Positions 19,290 to 27,996 of a DNA stretch of 64,000 bases are shown piece by piece. This DNA comes from an uncultured Clostridium sp. GTDB lineage: Bacteria > Bacillota > Clostridia > TANB77 > CAG-508. A program made the position numbers and the translations under genes. The stretch is taken from positions 1,906 to 65,905 of the forward strand of contig CAMMVE010000005.1 of assembly GCA_946500265.1 (NCBI GenBank). The letters run 5' to 3'. Under the pieces are notes generated by a model, which worked only from the letters and a program-made list of their open reading frames with translations, had not been told where the DNA came from and did no database searches. Positions within the stretch are counted from its first letter, which is position 1. Each line of letters begins with the position of its first letter.

Positions 19290-20033
19290 GTGGTACTTTC
19301 GTTTTCAAGTGAGGATGATGATTTTTTGAATAATAAAAATATTTTAAAAAAATTAAAAAATAAAAAAATATATTGGATTTTGGCAATTATAATTATTGTA
19401 ATATTTATAATTTTTTTATTAAAAAATAATTATAAAAATCAAAAAGTTGGCAATAATATGAGTAATAAAAGTATTGAGGAAATTGAACAATATATTTTAA
19501 ATATTAACTCATATGAGGCAACTATAGAAGTAACAATAAATAGCAACAAAAGTACAAATAGATATGTACTGTCTCAAAAGTTCATAGCGCCTAATAATTC
19601 TAAGCAAATTGTAATAGAGCCAAGTAATATTGAAGGAATGCAAATAGAATACGATGGAAATACATTAAGTATAAATAATACGAGATTAAACCTAAATAAA
19701 GTGTACGAAAATTACGAATCTCTTACAGAAAATTATTTATGCTTAGAATCGTTTATAGAAGACTATAAAGATAAAAAACAAAGCAATAAATCAAAAATAT
19801 ATGAAGAAAACGGAGAAATTATAATGGAAATCAATTCAGAGGACAGTCAATATGCTTATAAAAAGCAATTATATTTATCAAAAGCAACAAGCAAGCCAAC
19901 CAAATTAATTATAAATGATATTAACGAAAAAAATCTAGTTTACATATTATATAATGAGATAAAAATAGATGATTTAAGAGCAAATGATATGTTAGCATTT
20001 AAACAAATAGAGCCATTTGCAAGACTTTACTAA
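19290..20033 (+). CDS. Membrane-anchored hypothetical protein, possibly LolA-fold/YdcC-like
   Basis: It has one TM helix and then a beta-rich domain. Its position directly upstream of mazF recalls ydcC in Bacillus. The family call is weak and the start is uncertain (GTG 19290 lies inside a repeat). Confidence 0.35.
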   Translation: MVLSFSSEDDDFLNNKNILKKLKNKKIYWILAIIIIVIFIIFLLKNNYKNQKVGNNMSNKSIEEIEQYILNINSYEATIEVTINSNKSTNRYVLSQKFIAPNNSKQIVIEPSNIEGMQIEYDGNTLSINNTRLNLNKVYENYESLTENYLCLESFIEDYKDKKQSNKSKIYEENGEIIMEINSEDSQYAYKKQLYLSKATSKPTKLIINDINEKNLVYILYNEIKIDDLRANDMLAFKQIEPFARLY

Positions 20034-20117
20034 AAATAAATCATGTATATCTCGAGCTAATATTTAAAATATATTAAAAAATATACCTTAAATATAGAAA
20101 CACTAGGAGTGAAGTAT

Positions 20118-20465
20118 ATGGTAATAAAAAGAGGAGATATGTTTTATGCAGATTTAAGTCCGGTAGTTGGCTCAGAGCAAGGAGGAATAAGACCTGTTTT
20201 AATTATACAAAATGATATGGGGAATAAGCATAGCCCAACTGTTATAGCAGCAGCTATTACTTCTCAAACAGGAAAAAATAAATTGCCAACACATATAGAA
20301 ATAGGTTCACAAAATAACGGCTTAAAAGCAGATTCTGTAGTTTTGGCTGAGCAAATTAGGACAATAGATAAAAGTAGATTAAAAGAAAAAATAGGGCATA
20401 TAGATGATGAAAATATTATATCTCAAGTGAATAACGCTCTGGGAGTTAGCTTTGGACTGGAATAA
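20118..20465 (+). CDS. mazF: MazF/EndoA (PemK-family) mRNA interferase toxin
   Basis: [33 protein letters not shown]...[11 protein letters not shown]...LPTHIEI is near-canonical EndoA/MazF. Confidence 0.85.
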   Translation: MVIKRGDMFYADLSPVVGSEQGGIRPVLIIQNDMGNKHSPTVIAAAITSQTGKNKLPTHIEIGSQNNGLKADSVVLAEQIRTIDKSRLKEKIGHIDDENIISQVNNALGVSFGLE

Positions 20466-20521
20466 TACAAAATAAAGGGAGGCAAATTTTCCTAAAAGTT
20501 GCCTGACCTCAATTAGGAAAA

Positions 20522-21454
20522 TTAAACCTCCAACTTTTTTATTATTTTTATTTCTTTATATAATTTATCAACTCTATCTGTACGTATTTCTAATGCATCT
20601 TTATAATCTTTAAAGATTTCTGGGAAGTTATCGAAATTTTCACCAGCTTGGAAAAGAAGTCTCATTCCCTCACGATAATACTCTCTTTTTTTATCAGTTT
20701 TAGCTTCTTCCATTTTCTCCTTGTATTTATTAATAAGAGTTAATCTTTTTATATTATCTTTTAAGTAATCTAAATACTCATATAGACAGCTTATTTCATA
20801 TAAAATATCGTCTATTACAACTTTAAATAAAGCTCGTAAAACGTGTTTGTTTATTTTACCTACTTTAGAATTTTGAGCTAATTGATCTAAAGCAACGAAT
20901 CGTGGATCTGGCTTGGTATCGGCAATTAACTCTTTAAGTGTTTCAGAAATATTTACGTGAGTTGTATACTGCCTTTTTGTTACAATTGCATCATATTCGT
21001 CAGCAACACGAATAATTTGTGCTTCCATCGGTATTTTTGTAATCCCATTTGGATATCCAGTACCATTTAGAGCTTCATGATGGTCAAGAGGTCCCAAAGC
21101 ATATGGTCTTAGCTTTAAGTCTTTCATGCACATTTCGTAACCCTTGGTGGTATGGGTTTTCATTATTTCATATTCTTCGTCAGTAAGCGGACCAGGCTTA
21201 TTAATAATGCTTAAAGGAATAAAGAGTTTACCAATATCATGCAAATATGCACAAATAGTACAATATATGGTAAATTTTGTATTAAAATGCAAATATTCAC
21301 ATATCCTACATACTAGATTTGCAACGTTTTCGCTGTGTTTTCTTGTAATTAGGTCTAAACTGCCTAAAACGTCTAATTGATATCTCATTGTTTTATCTAA
21401 ATTATATGATTTTAAATTAGTAGGACTATAAAAATCAAAAACATCTTTTTTCAT
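20522..21454 (-). CDS. HD-GYP domain protein (putative c-di-GMP phosphodiesterase)
   Basis: It contains HDIGK, HHEALNGTGYP and RVADEYDAIV. Confidence 0.7.
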   Translation of the reverse strand: MKKDVFDFYSPTNLKSYNLDKTMRYQLDVLGSLDLITRKHSENVANLVCRICEYLHFNTKFTIYCTICAYLHDIGKLFIPLSIINKPGPLTDEEYEIMKTHTTKGYEMCMKDLKLRPYALGPLDHHEALNGTGYPNGITKIPMEAQIIRVADEYDAIVTKRQYTTHVNISETLKELIADTKPDPRFVALDQLAQNSKVGKINKHVLRALFKVVIDDILYEISCLYEYLDYLKDNIKRLTLINKYKEKMEEAKTDKKREYYREGMRLLFQAGENFDNFPEIFKDYKDALEIRTDRVDKLYKEIKIIKKLEV

Positions 21455-22043
21455 AATTAATTCCTTTCATAAGGCAAAATCCAATTTAATTAATCATACT
21501 ATAAAAAATAAAAAAAAACAATTAAAAAAAATAAAAAATATGCATAAAAAATTTTTTTAAGAGCATAATACTAATATAAGATTGATATTAGTTGAAATAA
21601 GAGTAATATAAGATGTTATATATAATGTTTTATATTGTTCGAGCAAAGATATATAATAGTGTAATGACCTTATATTATTATATGTCGGCGATGAGAGTAT
21701 ATTATTTGTGCATAAGCTGTACAAAAATTATATTTACTTAAATTTTTTTGTAGATGTAATATTTAATTAGAAGTATGGTTGAAACATATGTAATATATTC
21801 GAAGTTAAGATTATTCTTGTATTTTATAATGGCTGTTATTAGTCCCACGCGGATGAATATGGTTATTATGAGTGCATTTGTAGTCGAGCAACTGATTAAT
21901 ATATTTGATGGCAGGTTTATTTATACAGTAATGTATATTAGATCGTAAGTTAGGTATATTGGTTTTAGCTGGAGATTAATATCAGTTTTATGATAAATGT
22001 CGCTATTGTTTTATAGCGGCATTTAATTTTGCGCTTAAAACCA

Positions 22044-22060
22044 GTGAAACTTAGGTGATA
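22044..22060. repeat. Family A half-copy (left arm only, GTGAAACTTAGGTGATA)
   Basis: I read it directly. Confidence 0.6.
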
Positions 22061-22224
22061 AATATTATTTGATAATATTATTAAAGTAAATATACTTTAT
22101 ACTTAGTTAAAAAAGGAACTTACGGGAAAACCATTAAATAGTAATACTCCTACAGTCAATATCTGAAAACAATATTGCTAAATTATAAAAAGTATTATAA
22201 AATATTTCTTGAGGAGAGTGGAAT

Positions 22225-23503
22225 ATGCTAATAAAGAATGGAAAAGTTGTTATTTTTGAAAATGATGATGTAAAAGTAAAAGATTTGGACATAAGAATTA
22301 AAGGAAAATTAATTCATGAGATGGATGAAAATTTAGAGCCAGAAGCAAATGAAAAAGTACTAGATGCAACAGACAAAGTAGTTATGCCAGGTCTAATAAA
22401 TACTCATGCACATATTGCTATGAGCATTTTTAGAGGCACATTTGAAGGATGCGATTTATACACATGGCTTAACGAAAAAATTTGGCCAATTGAGGCTAAA
22501 CTTACAGAAGAAGATGTATATAATGCTTCAATGTTATCAATTGTAGAAATGATTTCTACAGGAACTACATGCGTAAATGACCATTATTTTTTCAGTAAAA
22601 AAATAAGAGAAGCATTAGAAAAAAGCAAAATGAGAGCAGTTATAACTCGTGTTTTAATGGATAGTGATGGAGAAGAGGCTTCTGAAAATAGAATTTCAGA
22701 GTTCATAGATTTATACGAAACACGTGATAAAGAAAATAGCTTAATCTCATATACTGTTGCTCCACATGGATTATATACATGCTCAGGAGAATTATTGAAA
22801 AAGTCAAGAGAGCTTGCTGTTAAATACAATTTGCCTATACATGTACACTTTTTAGAAAGTATAAGCGAAATTGAAGATATTAAAAAATTGCATGGACTTG
22901 ATGCTTCAGAGGTATTAAAGAAATATTTTGACGGGATTCATACAATACTTGCTCATGGAGTGAAACTAACTGATAAAGATGTCGATATTTTATCAGATAT
23001 GGATTTGCGGTATATCACATAATCCACTTTCAAATTTAAGGTTAGGATGTAAAATCGCTGATATTACAAAGTATCAGAAAAATGGAATAAATGTTGCACT
23101 TGGAACAGATGGACAAGGCTCAGGAAACAATTTAGATATGTTTGAAGCTATGGGAATGGCTGCACTGCTCCAAGGTGGAATACATGAAAATGAAGATAGG
23201 ATTAATTCAAAAGATGCTATTAAAATGGCTACAATAAATGGAGCTAAATTATTGGGGTTAGAAGATAAAATCGGTAGCATTGATATTGGCAAGGAGGCAG
23301 ATATCATTTTAGTAGATATAAGTCCTAAGTTAGATAACATAGAATTAATACCTAACAATAATATTATTTCTAATTTGGTATATAATACAGATGGAAGAAA
23401 TGTAGATACTACAATCGTACAAGGAAATGTAATAATGGAACACAGAAAAATAACAAACATAGATGTAGAAGATGTTATAGAAAAAAATATTAAAAAAATG
23501 TAG
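22225..23503 (+). pseudogene. Amidohydrolase of the MtaD/SAH-MTA deaminase type, interrupted by an apparent +1 frameshift at 23008
   Basis: It contains PGLINTHAHIAMSIFRG. ...HGVKLTDKDVDILSDMDL in frame 1 continues as GISHNPLSNLRLG...GTDG in frame 2. The track ORFs are 22225..23022 and 22979..23503. Confidence 0.75.
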
Positions 23504-23666
23504 AAAATTTCGAAAAAAGATAAGTATATGTAAATATTTAGCTTTTTGGTAACTTTAACAGAACGTAAACAGAAACATATCAGTACGGAATACGCATATA
23601 ATTCATTTTATATCGGGCCTACCTTTGCTATTATATAAGTGTATTTTTAATGAGAGAGGGTAGAAT

Positions 23667-24002
23667 ATGAAAAAAGCAAGGGTAATTAAAATAGGAAAAA
23701 AATTTCAGACTATCAGAAAAAGTCATGGGTACACACAAGAAAAATTAGCTGAAGCAATTGAATGTTCACCTAGATATATCGGTGATATTGAACAAGATAG
23801 GTCAAAACCATCGTATGAAGTTTTAGTAAAATTCTGTAATTTGTTTAATATAGGTACAGATGAGATATTTAGTGAATATTTAGATGTAAAGGGAAGACAA
23901 GGTGTAAATAGTGCGCTATTTGGATTTAATAATCTAAACTCAAGAAACCAGGATACAATAGTGCATATGATAGAATATTTTAATAAAAGTAATGTTTCTT
24001 AA
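23667..24002 (+). CDS. XRE-family helix-turn-helix transcriptional regulator
   Basis: It contains IRKSHGYTQEKLAEAIECSPRYIGDIEQDRSKPSYEVL. Confidence 0.75.
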   Translation: MKKARVIKIGKKFQTIRKSHGYTQEKLAEAIECSPRYIGDIEQDRSKPSYEVLVKFCNLFNIGTDEIFSEYLDVKGRQGVNSALFGFNNLNSRNQDTIVHMIEYFNKSNVS

Positions 24003-24133
24003 AATTCCTTTATATGAAATTTAAGCAAGCAATAGCTGAGAAAATGGCTGTTGCTTGTTTTTATTTGGCTAAATCTTAAGAAATATGTTGAAAAAAAGCC
24101 AAATTTACTATATAATTTAACAGATTAATAGAA

Positions 24134-24258
24134 TGTCGTTTTGGGGACAGGTCTCCCGCCGACAGCAGTGTTGTTTAGTAAATTACTAATGTTAGGTCTG
24201 TCCCTTCGCTGACAAAATGTCGGCGGGAGACCTGTCCCCAAAACGACAAAGGAGAAGA
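24134..24258. repeat. Family B composite element with perfect 31-bp terminal inverted repeats
   Basis: TGTCGTTTTGGGGACAGGTCTCCCGCCGACA (24134-24164) is the exact reverse complement of 24228-24258. A degenerate inverted unit lies at 24191-24224. The right end abuts the smc RBS AAAGGAG. Confidence 0.9.
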
Positions 24259-24260
24259 GT

Positions 24261-27200
24261 ATGTATTTAAAAAGATTAGAGTTACAAGGGTTTAAATCCT
24301 TTGCAGATAAAACAGTGTTAGAATTTAAGAGTGGTATTACGTCGGTTATTGGACCAAATGGTTCTGGCAAGAGTAATATTTCTGATGCCATTAGATGGGT
24401 GCTTGGCGAGCAGAGTATGAAGTCTTTAAGAGGAGCTAAGTCTGAGGATGTTATTTTTGCTGGTACACAGGCTAGAAAGTCTTTAGGCTTCGCTGAAGTT
24501 TCTATGGTAATTGATAATACTGATGGAAAGCTTCCTATAGAGTATTCTGAAGTTACTGTTACGAGAAAGCTATATAGAAGTGGCGAAACTGGTTATTTTA
24601 TAAATAAAGTACCTTGCAGACTTAAAGATGTTTTAGAGCTTTTTATGGATACAGGTATTGGTAAAGATGGATATAGCATTATTGGTCAAGGTAAGATAGA
24701 TGAGATTTTAAGTAATAAATCTGAAGATAGAAGAAAAATTTTTGAAGAGGCTGCTGGTATTGTGAAGTATAGAACAAGAAAGGCAGAGTCTGAAAAAAAG
24801 TTAGAGCAAACAAAATTAAATTTACTTAGAATTAATGATATTTTAGCTGAAATTGAGGGTAATATTGAGCCTCTTAAAGCTCAGTCTGAAAAGGCAAGAC
24901 AATATTTAGATTTAAGAGAAGAGCTTAAGAATATTGAGGTTGGACTATTCTTACACAATATTTCGGAATATAAAGAAAAACTTGAAAAAGTAGTGGAAGA
25001 TATCCAAATAGTAGAAGACCAGAATTTAGCTGAAAACGAAAAGATGGAAAACTTGCAAAAGGCTAAAGAAGAGTTGAAAGTAGAAATAGATAATATTACA
25101 TTAAAAATTGAAGAAATGCAAAATATTGGATTTGAGAGTACTAATAAAATTGAGAAAATAAATTCAGAAATAGGCATTTCTAAAGAAAGAATACAAAATA
25201 ATAGTGCGAATAAAGAAAGACTAAAAACAGAAATTGAGGATATAAAAAATAGGATTAATGAGCTTGACGAAGAGAAAAATCAAAAATTAAGCAAAAAGGA
25301 AGACTTGTATTCAAATAGAGAAAAATATCAAAAAGAGCTTGAAGAAAAAGAAGCAGAACTTGCAAAACTCACAGAAAAACTTTCTAGTAAAGAGCTTGAA
25401 ATAGAAGCAAAAAAGCAGGAAATAGAAAGAAACACAGATGCTAAGTATGAAATTATTTCTGAAATAAGTAGTTTAGATACAAATTTTGAAAATATAGAGA
25501 AAAGAGAAAAAACTGCGAAAGCTGAAATAGAAAGTTTAACATCTGAAATAGATGGAGCTAGAAATGAAAAGCAGGAAAAGGGAAAGCATTTTTATGAAAT
25601 AGAGTATAAGAAAAATGAACTAACAAAAAGTTTACAGGACAAAAAGAGCAAAAAAGATGAAAGTATGACCAAAATTAAAGAGTTTGAAACTACTTTGAAT
25701 AATTTAAATTATGAAAGTAGAATGAAAGATTCTAGGCTTAAATTTTTAATCGAAACTGAGAAAGAAAAAGAAGGATATACTAGAAGTGTTAAATCTCTTT
25801 TAAATGACTGCGAAAAAGATACTAACCTAAAAAAGGGAATGAATGGAGTTTTAGCAAACCTTATTTCTGTAGATAAAAAATATGAGACAGCAATAGAAAT
25901 GTGCTTAGGTCAAACACTACAAAATATTGTTACAGATACAGAAGAAGATGCAAAAAAGTTAGTTGAACATTTGAGAAACAATAAATTAGGAAGAGCATCA
26001 TTTTTGCCAGTATCATCTATCAGAGGGAAAAAACTAGATAGAATTATAAAAAATAGTACAGAAGGAGTTATTGGAGTTGCCTCTGATTTAGTAAAATGCG
26101 ATAAAAAGTATGAACAAATAGTACTTAATCTACTTGGTAGAACATTAATAGTAGAAAATATGGATACAGCAATTCAAATGGCAAAACTAAATTCATATTC
26201 ATTTAGAATAGTTACATTGGAAGGCGATATTATTAGTAACACTGGTGCTATTACTGGTGGATCTATTCAAACTAAAACAGTAAATATTCTAGGAAGAAGT
26301 AGAGAGATAGAAGACTTAGAAAAAGCATTAAAAGAAATAAACGAAAAAATAGAAAAAACTACAAAAGCAAAAGATGAATATACAGATTCAGCTTCTGATG
26401 TTATAGAAGAAGTAACAAGGCTTGAAAAAGAATTACAAGACATAGAAATAGAGTATGCAGCAGAAAATCAGAAAATAATTAGCATGGACGAAAATATAGA
26501 AAAATTAGAACTAAGAAGAGAAAAAATAAAGAAAGAAATAGAAGACTTAGGAAAACAAAAAATAGATAATAGAACAGAAAAAGAAGAGAAAGAAGAAAGA
26601 ATTAATTATTTAACTTCTGAAACACAGAAACTAAGTGAAATAGTAGAAGAATTTGCAGCAAATAATAAAGAAAATCAAAAATATATTGATGATTTAAACT
26701 TTGATATAACAAATTTAAAAATATCTGTATCTTCATTTGATGAAAGTGGAAGCTCGATAGATGAATTGATAGAAAGAATAAACCAAGATATAGAAAACAG
26801 TAAAATATCTATAGAAAATAAAGAAAAGAATATACAAGATGTTTTAACAGAAAATGAAAACCTAGAACAAAAAATTAAAGAGTTAGAGGAAGAAATTCAG
26901 AAGATAAAATCAGAAGTAGAAAATAGTTCTACATTAATAGAAAACTTAAAAAATGATAGACTTGAAAAAAGCGAAAAACTAAAAAATGCAGAAAAAGAAA
27001 TAAATGACGAGTTTTCAGTAATTGAAGATATAAAAGGTCAAATTGTAAAATTAGATGTGCGCAAAACCAAGCTAGAGCAGGACTTGGAGCAAGTTGTAAA
27101 TAACCTATGGATAGAATACGAGCTAACACCAAACAATGCAGGTGAGTATCAAAAGCCACAAAATGTTCAAAAAGCAGCAAGAGACGTAAATACGATAAGA

Positions 27201-27815
27201 ACAAAAATAAAAGAACTTGGAAGTATTAATATAGACTCAATAGAAGAATATAAAAAGACAAAAGAAAGATACGACTTTATGTGTGAGCAAAGATTAGACT
27301 TAGAAAATACAGCAGCAAAACTAAGAAATATTATAGCCGATATGACAAAAACTATGAAAGAACAATTTGTAGAAAAATTTGAGCTAATTAATAAAAACTT
27401 CAATGAAGTTTTTGTAGAATTATTTGGTGGAGGAAAGGCAGAAATAAAACTAGAAGATGAAAACAATGTGCTAGAATGTGGAATAGACATACATGTACAA
27501 CCAACAGGTAAAAAACTACAAAACATGATGCTTTTATCAGGAGGAGAAAAGGCATTTACAGCAATAGCACTATTATTTGCAATATTAAAAATAAATCCTG
27601 CACCATTCTGTGTTTTAGATGAAATTGAAGCAGCGCTTGACGATGTAAACGTATATAGATTTGCAGAATATTTAAAGAAATTCAGTAAAGAAACACAATT
27701 CTTAGTAATAACACATAGAAAAGGAACAATGGAAGCAGCAAACACTGTATATGGTGTAACTATGGAAGAAAATGGAGTAAGTAAGTTGCTATCAATGAAA
27801 TTAGCACAAGAATAG
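24261..27815 (+). CDS. smc: Chromosome partition protein Smc
   Basis: This is a 1184-aa protein with an N-terminal GPNGSGKSN motif, long coiled coils, a hinge, and C-terminal LSGGEK and DEIEAALD motifs. Confidence 0.95.
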   Translation: MYLKRLELQGFKSFADKTVLEFKSGITSVIGPNGSGKSNISDAIRWVLGEQSMKSLRGAKSEDVIFAGTQARKSLGFAEVSMVIDNTDGKLPIEYSEVTVTRKLYRSGETGYFINKVPCRLKDVLELFMDTGIGKDGYSIIGQGKIDEILSNKSEDRRKIFEEAAGIVKYRTRKAESEKKLEQTKLNLLRINDILAEIEGNIEPLKAQSEKARQYLDLREELKNIEVGLFLHNISEYKEKLEKVVEDIQIVEDQNLAENEKMENLQKAKEELKVEIDNITLKIEEMQNIGFESTNKIEKINSEIGISKERIQNNSANKERLKTEIEDIKNRINELDEEKNQKLSKKEDLYSNREKYQKELEEKEAELAKLTEKLSSKELEIEAKKQEIERNTDAKYEIISEISSLDTNFENIEKREKTAKAEIESLTSEIDGARNEKQEKGKHFYEIEYKKNELTKSLQDKKSKKDESMTKIKEFETTLNNLNYESRMKDSRLKFLIETEKEKEGYTRSVKSLLNDCEKDTNLKKGMNGVLANLISVDKKYETAIEMCLGQTLQNIVTDTEEDAKKLVEHLRNNKLGRASFLPVSSIRGKKLDRIIKNSTEGVIGVASDLVKCDKKYEQIVLNLLGRTLIVENMDTAIQMAKLNSYSFRIVTLEGDIISNTGAITGGSIQTKTVNILGRSREIEDLEKALKEINEKIEKTTKAKDEYTDSASDVIEEVTRLEKELQDIEIEYAAENQKIISMDENIEKLELRREKIKKEIEDLGKQKIDNRTEKEEKEERINYLTSETQKLSEIVEEFAANNKENQKYIDDLNFDITNLKISVSSFDESGSSIDELIERINQDIENSKISIENKEKNIQDVLTENENLEQKIKELEEEIQKIKSEVENSSTLIENLKNDRLEKSEKLKNAEKEINDEFSVIEDIKGQIVKLDVRKTKLEQDLEQVVNNLWIEYELTPNNAGEYQKPQNVQKAARDVNTIRTKIKELGSINIDSIEEYKKTKERYDFMCEQRLDLENTAAKLRNIIADMTKTMKEQFVEKFELINKNFNEVFVELFGGGKAEIKLEDENNVLECGIDIHVQPTGKKLQNMMLLSGGEKAFTAIALLFAILKINPAPFCVLDEIEAALDDVNVYRFAEYLKKFSKETQFLVITHRKGTMEAANTVYGVTMEENGVSKLLSMKLAQE

Positions 27816-27868
27816 TGAACCATGTTAAGAGTTTGTGCCATTAAGAAAAGCCTCCTTTGTGCAAAACC

Positions 27869-27912
27869 GTGAAACAGTGGGGACAGATTTCAAATCTGTC
27901 CCCGAGTTTCAC
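27869..27912. repeat. Family A repeat (GGGGACAGATTTCAAATCTGTCCCC core)
   Basis: I read it directly. It lies downstream of smc. Confidence 0.9.
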
Positions 27913-27996
27913 TGAATTTTAGTAAAATATAGTAATAAAATAAAGACTGTTTGCATATATATTAATAAACCGAAGAACAAAGGAGAGTTGATATAT

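Noticed and set aside
21613-21948. Small ORFs (48 aa from 21613; 57 aa from 21775) in the 770-bp non-coding region.
   Set aside because: They have no Shine-Dalgarno sequence, and their Tyr/Ile-rich translations are driven by TAT/ATA repeats. They are probably not genes.
24125-24391. An 88-aa minus-strand ORF across the smc start, and a 62-aa ORF at 45042..45230.
   Set aside because: Both are open only because they run through GC-rich family B repeats. They overlap the smc start or an intergenic element and have no RBS.
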